This document shows, piece by piece, positions 36,817 to 49,070 of a stretch of 64,000 nucleotides of DNA. The stretch is from the NCBI GenBank assembly GCA_964276515.1, contig OZ193909.1:21018001-21082000 (forward strand). The letters run 5' to 3'. This DNA is from Gordius albopunctatus (lineage: Eukaryota). Numbering within the stretch: the stretch's first letter is position 1; each line of letters starts with the position of its first letter. Position numbers and translations under genes: made by a program. A model generated the notes under the pieces. It was given only the letters and a program-made list of their open reading frames with translations, was not told where the DNA came from and ran no database searches.

Positions 36817-39210
36817 ATGGAGGTGGAGAAAGAATATAGTTTATCGAATCAAAATTTAACCGATGATCAGAACGAAAATATCAACAAAATAATTTTGAAT
36901 TTAGTTGTTCAGGAAAATCTTACCATTAAAATATTCGATTCAGCGCATTTAGATAATATTTTAAAATATTTTAATTCAACAGTCATAATATGGACAAAAA
37001 AAACAGCGAAGAAGGAATTGGCTTCTCTTTTCGATAATAAGCAAACGGAAATCAAGACAATCCTTTTATCCCTTAGGTCCAAGATATCTATTACTACAGA
37101 CGTGTGGACGTCTATAAAAAACTCCTCGTTCATGGCCATCACGGCCCACCTTATAAATGATTTATGGGACCCCAAATCCCTACTACTTGACATTGTTAAA
37201 GTATGTCACCCGCATACTTCGGATATACCATATTTGATGAATACCATATTACTGTCAAAATATTGCCTATCACCATCGACAACGCCCGCAATGAAATAGG
37301 GGCCATCAATTTGTTTAAAAGAAACGCCCCAAAGGTAGTTTATCACAGAAGATGTGCCTGTCACATTATCAACCTTATGGTAAAGGAGGGTTTGGTGGCC
37401 ATTGAAGGACCACTCGAGAAGATGTATTTTTTGGTGAAGACCTTGAAAAAATCACCGTCACTTAGCCATGAATACGCGAAAATGACGAAAACCAAAATTC
37501 CCCAGCCGAATAATACACGTTGGAACTCAACGTACCTTATGTTGGCTGAAAGTGTTTTGATCTCGTCTCGGTCTCGAAAACAAAATCTCGTCTAGTCTCG
37601 GCAGCGATTATGAAAATCTCGTCTCGGTCTAGAAAAATCTCGATCTCGTCTCGTCTCGACTTTTTAAAAAAAAATATATAGGGAATAAAAATTTCTCCTG
37701 TTTTATTAAAAATATTAAATAAGCTTTAAAAAATTAAAATGGCAAATTTTTATATTTTTTGATAAACTTTAATACGCAAAATTTTTAAAGATTTAGCGGG
37801 ACACGACATCTCATTGTCGATATAAAGATATGAATTCATTCAAAAAAATAACATTTTCTATGGAAAGTTCAGACTAAAAAATATAAATAAATTTGAAGTA
37901 TAGAAAATTAAATTTTATTTTTCTACCAAATTATAGCGTTTGCATTAAATCACCGTGTTTTTCAACTATATAGGCTTAGAAAATAATAATTTCGGTTATA
38001 GTTGACTTAGTTGCATAATTTAGCAAATTGAGACCTTTTATTGACCCTGGCTAAAGCTTCAAATTAGACCTTAACATATTTAAGGCAAAAATTTAAGTCC
38101 ATTAGTACCATCATTAATTATAGCCCATAGTGTTTATTGCATGTTTACTATAGCGTTATAAACCACAATGTGCGAGTGACTTTTAATGGATAATTATCAT
38201 TATTTACAGACATGATAACTAGATGCACATATAAAAACGGGTAGAAACAATAAAGGCAGCATTATTATAGGATTAATAATATGAGGTTTTAAACTCTAAA
38301 TTGCACGTATTTAAATTTATGAGAAAAATCATTAAAATCAAATTTATATTCCAAATAATTATCTTCCAATTCTAACTAACTTTGACATTAAATAGTTATT
38401 TATCGAATATAGTGGAAGCATAAAACTTCTAGAAAACTCATGCTTTAGATTTAATCTATTGCGGTGCTTTTGAAATCGTTAAGCGGGTGCTAAAAAATCT
38501 CAAGCCACCTTAGCTTAACTAGTTTAATTATTCAAACTGATTGACCACCAATTTATAATTACCGCATTATGCAGGATGAATAACTACGAAATATAAATAT
38601 GCTTTCTTTATATTTACTATTCAATCAGAACTCATTCTAAGCCTGTAATTTTGTAATATTTAATAATGCTATGGATTTAAATATGTGATAAAGATATTAT
38701 AAAATCATTCACATACCCTAAGGATCAACCATACTTAGGTAAATCCTGCAAAAAATATAATATTTACAGGAATTTTTTTAATGTCAAATATATTCCATAC
38801 GTATTAATTTAAACTTAATACCTTAAATTTAAATCATGCAAATTAAAATACACAATAATTTACTAAAATATAACGATAAAAAAAGTCGAGATCTCGCCGA
38901 TAAAATCTCGTCTCGTCTCGACATCAAAATCCTCGTCTCGATCTCGAGTCCATCTTTTGAATTCTCGGTTTTTCGAGACGAGATGAGACGAGACAGAGAT
39001 TTTTCTCGGTTTTTCCGCATCACTAGCTGAAGCTAATAAGGTACATTATAATAGTATATAATAATATTTTTTACTAGAATATTGCCTGCCTCAATGTATT
39101 TGCAGATAAAAACATAGGCAACAAAAGCCTCCTGTTTTCTTCAGATGAAATCGCATTGTTGAAGGAAGTCGAGGAGATGCTCAAAACTTTCTACGATCTC
39201 ACGCTCGAAA
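36817..39210 (+). pseudogene. hAT transposase remnant (frameshifted, interrupted, C-terminally truncated)
   Basis: SITTDVWTS, ITIDNARN, RCACHIINLMV and TRWNSTYLML; resumes after the nested element as FSSDEIALLKEVEEMLKTFYDLT (~39137-39205). Confidence 0.85.
37551..39025. mobile_element. Non-autonomous hAT-like element nested in the transposase
   Basis: TCTCGTCTCG subterminal repeats at both ends; right end CCGCATCACTA; partial target duplication GCTGAA on both sides; the left end is damaged. Confidence 0.72.
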
Positions 39211-39399
39211 GATGATTGTCAAAATTTGGCAAATAAAATTAACACTGAAAGAATAAAAAAATTAAGCATTTTCATCGAAAAAAAATATCGAATTAATAAA
39301 AAATTAATTAAACGCATAGCAAACTAATTACAACTAAGCTGAAGAATCTCAATATTTCAGCATATTATGGCGTGCTAAAAACAGCCTAAGCAACCTCCA

Positions 39400-41175
39400 T
39401 ATTATTAATTTTTTTAAATGTATGTATTGTTTATATAAATGTAAGAACGTTATAAAAGAGGAAGTGTTAAAATTTGAAAAATATAAGAGCGGGAATAAAA
39501 CAACATAAAAAAAATTATAATTAAAAAGCGTCGCATGTATCATCTAATAAAAGTGGCCAGCTGTCGGCCAGGGATTTAAAATTGTACTTTGCTATTAAAA
39601 TACCAATTTTTTGTTTAAGTAAAAAATTTGTGGAATATTTAGATGGCGGGCAGTGACGGCTGATATCTTTAAAAAGCTTGATGGCGGCAGAACCAAAAGT
39701 CTCAGAACTTGAGGCAACGACAGCGTTAAAGATATTAGAGGGTAAGAGGGCCTGGTATTTTACCGTTTTGCGGTGTTCGGCGAGGGTCAGAGAGTTGTAG
39801 TTCTGGCTAGGGAGGGGGAAAATGTATATGCAGGTGAAATCCCATTTAAGGGGTAAACCATTTTGCCAAGGGATGAGGGTAGAGCCGTCTGGTCGCATCC
39901 TTCCCTCTAACGAAGGGTCAGACGGCTCTAAAACGGACGGGATATTTCCTTTTTTAGAGCGGCTTGGATAAGGCTATTCACCTTTTCGTGCCTTGTGTAT
40001 TTAATTTTATTGTAAAGGCAGTGTAAGGGGTGCCTTCCATAAATTTCTACGTTCTGGGAGTAGTTGCCGCAGGAATATTCCTTTGAATAGGGAATTACTA
40101 GTCTGAGGGCGATAGAGTATGCAAGCTCTGGGTCCTTTAACATCAGTCCAGAAAGTGAACTAGGATAAGCTTCTAGCCACTGGTGACCCGATCCGTCAAA
40201 AACCCTTTCCAGGCATGAACCCAAATTGTCGTTCATCTATTGATAGGCATGAACCCAAATTGTCGTTCATCTATTGATATTATTTTTCGGTGTCTAGCTT
40301 TTATAACCTTATCCCACACCTTCATTACGTGACTCGTTAACTTTATCCCTCGATAGTTGTTGCATTCTTGTACATCTCCCTTCAATTTATAGATAGGTAT
40401 AACATAGCTTTCCCTCCACTCATCAGACATCATACCACTTGCAAGTATTTTGTTAAACAGCTTTGCAAGTAGATGTAAACTTAAGGGTCCTAGCATTTTA
40501 AAAGCTTCCATAGGTATATTATCAGATCCCACCGCTCTACCCATGGACATCTTTTTAAGCACCTAGTCAAGTGCTGGCGGGCGTCGCAACTCGATAAGAG
40601 GTAATCAACGGAGCGCGATACGAGGCCAGCATCCCAATCCTTTTGTCTTGAGGTTATAGGGAAGGGGGTCCCTGGGTTGACATTGGCAGACCAGACATCT
40701 AGAGTTTGTACAAACGATGGGTCCTCGCTTGTTGTGATTAATCGGTCGATCAAACCTTGGGCAGATTTATACGAGGAGATAAAGGCTGCTAATGAAATTG
40801 AGGTAGCTGGGCGTATGCCTAACCCGCCAGATTTAGTAGGCAATGAGGCTTGGTGCCACGAATAAGTGCTGAATTTGATATTAAGGATGGCTTCTAGCGT
40901 GTTTTTCATAAAGCTATCGTAGCTTTTTAAAATCTCCGGTAATAAAAAAGCTGATGATAACCCGAAGCAGTGTTGAATTTTTGAGATATTAAAATAATTT
41001 TTAATGATATAAAATGCGTGATGTTTTGGGAGGGTTTTGAGAATTTCCATCTTCGAGGAAAGAGTTGATAGGTGACTATGTAAAAACTCTCTTAAGGCGA
41101 TTTGTCCACCTGTTGGAGATCCTAGATGAGTTAAACTTTTCATTTCCACTTCTAAAAAAGGCTTAAAAATGGATC
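39400..41175 (-). mobile_element. 5'-truncated CRE-like non-LTR retrotransposon (RT C-terminus plus restriction-like endonuclease); boundaries approximate
   Basis: QASLPTKSGGLGI, QWLEAYPSS...IALRL, RHEKVN, RPDGSTLIPW...WDFTC, AEHRKTVKY. Confidence 0.78.
40205..40570 (-). mobile_element. Internal fragment of RTE family B inserted into the CRE-like element
   Basis: Near-identical to 50251-50582 plus a 34-bp tandem duplication; no tail and no TSD. Confidence 0.85.
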
Positions 41176-42022
41176 TATATATTAGCGCTTCCTCACGCTT
41201 AGCTAGTATTAAGAATACACACACAGCAGTCGTCAGCACTGTACTAGCAATAGCCTAAAGCATGCTAAGGTAGCCTTAAGCATGCTAAAGTATGCTATCA
41301 AATCAATAGCCTAAGCAACCTTTCCTATTATATATTAGCGCTTGCTTACGCTTAGCTCAGCATGGCTATAATTAGAAAAGGAATCAGCACACATGCCAGC
41401 ACCACCTCTCTAATAATCTGTCTTTCTCAGCAAAAAGGGGAATATATAAATTTAATTAATATCTAGGTGGCGGTATACTTTTAAATACTAAATGTATTTT
41501 AATTTAGCTTACAATAAAAAATTTTAAACAAGTGTAACTTTAACTTATTAATTATTAGATTTTTTACTTATTAATGATATAATAATTTGTTAATAACATT
41601 TAATATTACAAAAAAAATAAGAGAGAAATTTAGGGACTATAGTTTACTTGAACTTGACCTTAGCTCACCTAACCTAACCTAAAGGTCTATAACTAATATT
41701 AGGCTAATTAGCGCATCATTCTACTAAATCCACCTAAAGTTTTTAGGTCGATTTGAGCTAATCAAAAGACCCTTAAGGTTTGCTATGAACCTTTAACCTA
41801 GACTAAGGCTCACCTTGGGTTAACCGACCCACACCTAGGTTTTTCCCATCACTATTCGCTTCTGTACAAAGTGATCAAAACCAATAAGGTTATTTGGCAC
41901 ATTCGCAAAATATGTGTGATATAATCGAAAATTGTTGACCAATCTATCATCCTTTAGCAAATCGGTATAATATTTTAACTTATTTAATATACAATATATA
42001 GTAAATATTAATTATATATTAA

Positions 42023-45000
42023 ACACTACCTACGACGGTCCCAAGTCCGTGTGCAAAAAGTGGAGGGTTGGCGTCAGGTCGGAAACCGGCTATAAAAATC
42101 AACTCCAAAATTTATGATAGTTTCAAACGAGATTTTACAAGAAAAGGCTAGGGCGTCCTCCACAAACGACGCGCACTGCATACCCCGCCCGTGCAATGTG
42201 AAAAATACACTAGGGTTACTGCCCAACTCACAACGAAGGCGGTTAAGGAAACTAGTTGTGGAAATAATGCGAATTACGTGCTGGAATGTGGGAACATTGA
42301 CGGGGAAGAGCATCGAGGTCGCACAAATGTTAAAAAGAAGAAAGGTACACATCGCCTGCTTACAAGAGACGAGGTAGAACGGAACGAAAGCTCGGGAATT
42401 AGGAGAAGGATTCAAGCTTTTCTACAGTGGGTCACCAAATCGTAGAAACGGGGTCGGTATCGTTCTAAGTGAATCGTTCAAGGACAATGTGGTGGAAGTC
42501 AAACTTTGTTCCGACAGGCTAATGTGGGTGAAGATTGCAGATCAAGGGGGCCTCCTAACCGTTATGTGCGCGTATGCTCCCCAAATTGGGTGTTCGGAAT
42601 CAGAGAAAGACATATTCTTCGAATCATTGGAAAAGGAAATACAAGGAATCCGACAGGAAGAAAGGCTAATTATTGGGGCCGATTTCAACGCTCACCTAGG
42701 GAAAGATCGCCTCGGGTATGAACGCAATCATGGAGGCTATGGGCATGGTCTGAAGAACAAAGAAGGGGAAAAACTTCTCCAAGTATCCCAAGCATATGAC
42801 ATGGCGATCGTTAACACCTATTTTCAAAACGCGAAGATCATATTGTGACCTATAGAAGTGGGAAGCATTTTAGTCAAATCGACTATTTGCTTATACGGCG
42901 AAAGGACTTATGGAGTATCAAAGATTGCAAAGTAATACCGGCAGAAGAAATCGCCAGACAACATCGTCCCCTTGTTATGGATCTTGACAGAAGAGTATTT
43001 CCCGAAAGAAGAAAGGTATATGAACCTCGAATTCGATACGAAAGGCTAAAGAATACGTCGACGAACGAAGAATACCATCAAAAAGCCTCCTCACTCTTGG
43101 GTGCAAGGAAGTTGCAAAGGGACGTAGACGAAGATTGGGAAACGCTATCTAAGGACATTAAGGAAACAGCGATTCGTGTTCTAGGACAGACCAAAGGAGG
43201 CAAAGCTATGAATAGGGAACTATGGTGGTGGGATCAATCGGTTAAAGATTGCATCGAAATAAAAAAAAATCTATATAGACGGTGGCATAAATCAAAAAAG
43301 TCGGAGTATTATCAAGAGTACAGGGACGCAAAGAGGGCCGCAAAAAAGGCCGTTGCAAAAGCGAAGAATGCTGCGTACACCGAGATGGCAAACAAACTGG
43401 ATCATAAAGGGGGCGATAGGCTTATGTACAAATTGGCCAAGATAAGGGAGAAGAAAAGTCGAGATGTCGGAGTTCTTAAAATAGTCAAAAGCGAGAAGGG
43501 TCAAACCTTATTCAAGCCGAAGGAAGTGATGGAAAGGTGGAAAGGATATTTTAAGAAACTTATGAATATTGCAAATGACAAGGATTCCCTTCCCGAAATT
43601 GAGCCAAATATAAGTATGGTCGAACTCTTTCAGAAGGATGAAGTTAGGACACAAATGAAGAAGATGCAAAAAGGAAAAGCAAATGGCCCAGATGGAATAC
43701 CTATGGAAGCATCGGATGTCGTGAAGAAGGAGTCACCACCATGACGAACCTCCTTAACAAGATATTGGTAGAAGAGCGAATCCCTAATCAATGGAGAGCA
43801 AGCACGATTATACCCTTATTCAAAGGGAAAGGAGACCCTCAGGACTGCGGCAATTACAGAGGTATCAAGCTAACTTGCCACTCCTTGAAGCTTTTGGAAA
43901 GGATCTTAGTAACAAGGCTGAAAAACGAGGTGGAAATATCGGTTAATTAATTCGGATTCGTGGCCGGCAAATCCACAATCGACCCAATCTTCGCCCTAAG
44001 ACAAATGATGGATAAGTATGGTGAAAAGAGGAAAGACCTACATATGGTTTTTATCGACTTGGGAAAGCTTATGACACGGTCCCCCGCGATTTAATATGGT
44101 GGTGCCTGAGGAAACAAAATATCCCTGACGCATATATACGGCTTATGAAAAATATCTATGAAGCTTCAAACTCTTGCGTTAGGACGACAGTTGGAGACTC
44201 TAAACCTTTTCGGGTTAATATTGGATTACATCAAGGCTCTGCTTTAAGTCCCTTTTTATTTAAATATAATTATAGACACGATAACGAGGGACTTTCAAAA
44301 GCCATCGCCATGGTGTATGCTATATGCCGATGATATAGTACTATGCGAGGAAATAAGGGAGAAGGTATTCGAAGAAGCAGAAAAGTGGTCAAAGCGCTTA
44401 GCTGGATATGGTTTAAAGGTCAATGATAGAAAAACGGTATACATGGAAATGAACGGTACAGGCACCCTATCGCTGGATGACCATCTAAAGTACCCAAAAG
44501 TAGACAGGTTTAATTACCTCGGCTCTATGCTACATCAAGAGGGAGGTTGCGCAACTGAAATCAATGCCCGGATTCAAAAAGGATGGCTTAAATGGCGAAG
44601 TATATCCGGTGTAATGTGCGACAAGAAAATGCCAATATGGTTGAAGAGCAAAGCTTACAAATCCATCGTAAGACCGGTGTTACTCTATGGAAGTGAAACA
44701 TGGGCATTAAATACCACGGAAGGAAAGCTATTACAAGCCACGGAGATGAGAATGATACAGTGGAGCTTGGGGTATACTAAGCTCGACCATATGACGAATG
44801 ACTTTCTCATGACAAAAATGGGTATTCAACCTACGGCGGACATGATTAACGAAAATCGGCTAAGGTGGTATGGGCATATACTAAGAAGGGACCCGGATGA
44901 CGTAAATCGAAAAGTGCTAGACATGAAAATACCGGGGAAGAGAGGAAGAGGACGACCCCGTGTCACGTGGAAAAGGCAAGTCGATAAAGTTATGGAAACT

Positions 45001-45106
45001 AAAGAGATTCGTCAAGACATGGCACTAACCCGGTCAAGATGGAAGAGACTCATCAAAACAAACCCCACCAATGTGGGACCAAATAACAGATAAAGAAGAA
45101 GTAGAT
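42023..45106 (+). mobile_element. RTE-clade non-LTR retrotransposon (family A, copy 2), full length, defective
   Basis: APE and RT fragments highly similar to copy 1; GAAGAAG tail; 12-bp TSD ATTATATATTAA (42011-42022, 45107-45118). Confidence 0.94.
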
Positions 45107-45334
45107 ATTATATATTAATATGAAATAGTTTTTTATAAATGATAAATTCACCAAGTAAACAAAATAGTTAATGAATCCTAATGCTAAATACAAAAAAAAT
45201 CAGAAGTTTGGGAGAAAACCTTGCAAATATGTTAGCAAAAAACCAATGATAAAGTTTTTGTACGTTGGAGGATCATCTTTTGTCTGATTGATCTTGCGCG
45301 TAACAAAGTTTGCCCGAATTTGTAACAAGCAATT

Positions 45335-48300
45335 AGTTTAGTGTACAATTAATGAATAGGCCTATGCATCATATATCCCATTGCTAAAAAATATCCTTTC
45401 AAGCATTAATCATATATAATTTAGATAATAAAACCTTAAACATTTTATTTGTCTACTTCTTTTTCGAAAAATAATAATTTGGAATATAATTAGTGTCACA
45501 AATTATTTACTAAGGTTTACATAATTAAATGCATTAGGGCACTAATATCATGAAGTTGACAATGTCTTCTCATTACAATATTAATCAATGATATGGAAAA
45601 GGATAAGAGGATATTCGATAATGCGCATTGATTGGGATCATAATTTTATCTATATCATTTAAAACCGTTAACAATTTGCTAGGATTATATCCAAATTGGG
45701 AATACAATTATGTTATAATGTAGGTATATTAGAAAAATTCATTTGAGACCATTATTTAAATAGTGCTAATTTTACAAATTAAAAGTCACATACAAAGCTA
45801 TGGTCGTAGCTAATAATAGAATAAGAGGTGGGGGCAATAGTAATTTAGGGAGGGGGGGCACCCCCTGGCTACGCCCATGTACAAAGCTAAAATATATTAA
45901 ATCAATAAGCCGGCAGAGATCCATGGATATACATTGTATTAAACTTAACAATCTCGATGGTGATCTTCTTTATAAAATGGAAAATAATAGCTTGTGGGTG
46001 TTAGTGATTTTGGTGATTCGAGCCCTAGATTACCAGTGACCACAGCTGGGACTTAAAATAAATTTATTAAGAAATTTTTATTTTTCTACTTTCCTTCTCT
46101 CATTGATAAGGTGTATGAAGCTGTTTAATATATCCTGAAACATGGGTTTTGGCGGTGAGCCGATGGTGTGATAGTAACGTAGTCAGGTCTTTTGCAGTCT
46201 GCTCAGTATAAACCTATGAATTCCACAAAAAGTTGAGAAAACAGGTTTTTTTAATGATTGCTGAATAATTTTATTTATTTTCTTGCTGTTTTGGCAATTG
46301 AGAAGAGGATGGCGTTCACTAAAACCGGTTGGCGACAGAAGTCGTAAAGGAAGGGAGACACCGAGCCTTTACAATAATTTATTGTAAGATAGGTAAGCTA
46401 AGACATGACTGGTAATTATGAACACATTTCGTTTTATTGTTGTTATAGCGTATCTAACGGCAATCTTTAAGTAAGACAAATTAAAATCCAATCCCGTTTA
46501 AAATTGCCTCCTCATTTCTAACGCTTTACGCCAAGATTTAGTTATATTATATATCAATTATTATTATTGAATTTGAAGTGGAATCACATAGGCAAACAAA
46601 ATAAAATAGGTACGCTGGTTAAATCGCATATTGACTCTTATGCACTATCTCCATTTATCGTCATATTTCCGTGATTTTTAACACTGCAAAAAATGGCAAT
46701 TCTTGTCTTTTACCACTTCATCCTTTTAATTACTCATTTTTTCCTAATATTTATATCATTGTATATTGAGAAACTAGGGTTCCGCATCAAATATGGTACT
46801 GCAAGCTTAGTGTGAGTTTGCCTGTGGGTCTTAAAAGGGGCCGAAATAAAGAAAATGATAAGTATGACACAGATATTGTTCATGAATTCATTAAAAATTG
46901 CTAAAAATTCAAATTTGCCTTTAGGCAATTCTCTAAGAAATCTAATACAATGTGAATTATTCAAAGATAACAAATTTAAAAACAAGCATTGTCAATTTTC
47001 TTATATTAAATTTATTTAAGTTATATTTTCGTTAAATTGTGATTATATACTATAATTAATGATGGTTAGGTTTGAATCTATCAGCTATTAAAACGTATAC
47101 ACTTTATTATACAAACAAGTGTAGGGAAACAAATTACAGTCCTCCCCTCTCACTAAACAAGTATCCTAATTTTTATTGTTGCAACAACAGATTTATATAT
47201 ATAGATATATATATATATCACAATCATCACGAACGAATCTTCCATAGATATATTACGTATCATGGGAAGATATGTTTGTAAACTTTCTTTACTTGTTCAC
47301 GGTATTTAACATTAAATATAAGGTTGACATAAAATGTCCAACATATGTAAAAAAATTCTTGTATATTGAGAAAGTGGAAGGCTACGCCTAATTGATCAAC
47401 ATTTATTTTGCGATATAAAAAATCCATCGACATTTGTAGGACAGATATGGGAAGCATCCATATCAAAAATTCCATGGTTAAAATAATGAGTGTCACTTTA
47501 TGCAATTTAATTTCATCTCTTTTGGTCTGTTTGTTGGCATTATTATTCACGACATTTTGGGCACCTGCATCGGCTACATTTGATGACCCTCTTGTAACTA
47601 TTGAATGACCAATTTTTCTATGTTTTCTTTTCCCCATAGTTATCACTTTGCATGTTATGATAAATAGGAAAGGCAAAATTTTGGTCATTAGTTCGCGAGA
47701 TATTTGGTAAGCAATCCATAGTCTCCTTTTGTGTAACTCCTTCGGACTATTTATAGTGTAAGTGTAGAAGGTGATGTTTAAACTTTCGCCCTCCTCATGT
47801 GAACCCATATAGTCCTCACATAGCGTTTGTTTAATGATACGTCTCCATTTAAAGACGGGTAGATACCAAATGAAAGCGTAGAGCAATGTTGCTACCATAG
47901 CTAAACCTACTGTTTTGCCACTGATTAAAGTCTTGTACTTGAAAGGAAAGACCACAGCACACAATTGGCTAGTAAAATAGAGGACGTAAATCAAAAAGCC
48001 CCATGTTATGAAAGTTTTACTAATGATATTATGCACGTAAGCTATATAAAATGGCCATGCATATCCCTTCCAAACACTAATGTTAGATTGATTTTCCGCT
48101 CCGTATATTTCCATTATTGGAGTTATAATAAGTGTACATGCATTAAATGTGTTAACGAAGTAAAAGCTCTTCATAAAAAATTCGTTGTAATTTATGGCTT
48201 TCGAATAAGGAATTTTGTTAGAAACACCTCTGGTACCAAACGAGGTTCCAGTTACATTGGATGAAACGGAATTTAACTTTGAAGTATTATCATAGGCATG

Positions 48301-49062
48301 TCTTAGTAATTTGGTGTGATGTCTCATACGAGAAGCCATTGTGATTACATAAGCGCCTAGGATGTTACCAATGATGCCCGTTATTAGAACTATCATCCCT
48401 AAGATTTTGTAAAGAACTGCTATTTCATGAGGCGGTAACAGAGGATTAGCTTTTAAATCGCACATTTGTGTTAAGAATAATATATATGATAAGAACTAAC
48501 GATTAATGAGTACCTTTAAAGACTAAGCGCTTTTTTTGGATTTTTTGTTTGGTAATATCGCTTTCCGATATATATACATCTTGGGTTGAAAGGTGCTTAA
48601 TCTTGAAAATTAATTGGAGATAAAAATCAATAATTGCATCCATAAAAGATCCCTAATAATAAACCCCAGGATGAAATGCCATTTCTTTGAATTGCTTTAT
48701 GCTTTTCAATCAAAATTTTAACTAATAACTGGAACAAATCCAATATTATATTATATTTCACAAAATCATAAATTAAAACGATAATTATGATTTTAATTGA
48801 TAATATTCTTTAATTTGGTAATAGAAATTTATATTTTAACGGCGACGTCTATAAATGGGAGAAATATTCACTTTCTTATTCCACTATAAAACCTAATCTC
48901 TATAATTACCAGATTTGGGTGATTGATAAAATAACCACGTATAACTATAGCCTTTCTTACCTGTTTATATTGAAATATAGATTGAATATTATTTTAGCAA
49001 CCCAGTGTCGTAGCAGGTGATTAGCAAAGATTGTTATTTATACATTTAAGTTGGGAATTTTT
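45335..49062 (+). repeat. Segmental duplication copy B (GPCR locus)
   Basis: Colinear with 15680-22668 minus the insertions specific to copy A. Confidence 0.9.
47260..48465 (-). CDS. Intronless divergent class A 7TM GPCR, copy B, 401 aa
   Basis: Paralog of 20885-22090; 9 amino-acid differences, all within the first ~140 residues. Confidence 0.85.
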   Translation of the reverse strand: MCDLKANPLLPPHEIAVLYKILGMIVLITGIIGNILGAYVITMASRMRHHTKLLRHAYDNTSKLNSVSSNVTGTSFGTRGVSNKIPYSKAINYNEFFMKSFYFVNTFNACTLIITPIMEIYGAENQSNISVWKGYAWPFYIAYVHNIISKTFITWGFLIYVLYFTSQLCAVVFPFKYKTLISGKTVGLAMVATLLYAFIWYLPVFKWRRIIKQTLCEDYMGSHEEGESLNITFYTYTINSPKELHKRRLWIAYQISRELMTKILPFLFIITCKVITMGKRKHRKIGHSIVTRGSSNVADAGAQNVVNNNANKQTKRDEIKLHKVTLIILTMEFLIWMLPISVLQMSMDFLYRKINVDQLGVAFHFLNIQEFFYICWTFYVNLIFNVKYREQVKKVYKHIFP

Positions 49063-49070
49063 AAACCTAA

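Larger units (their letters stand above)
35212..41854 (+). mobile_element. hAT DNA transposon with long inverted arms and nested insertions
   Basis: TIR TAGTGATGGGAAAAACCTAGG / CCTAGGTTTTTCCCATCACTA; perfect 8-bp TSD TTCGCTTC (35204-35211, 41855-41862); transposase remnants inside. Confidence 0.92.

Noticed and set aside
40405..40430. CTGATGAG...GAAAGC on the minus strand (also at ~50420-50440)
   Set aside because: No stem II pairing; it is RTE coding sequence (SDEWRES).
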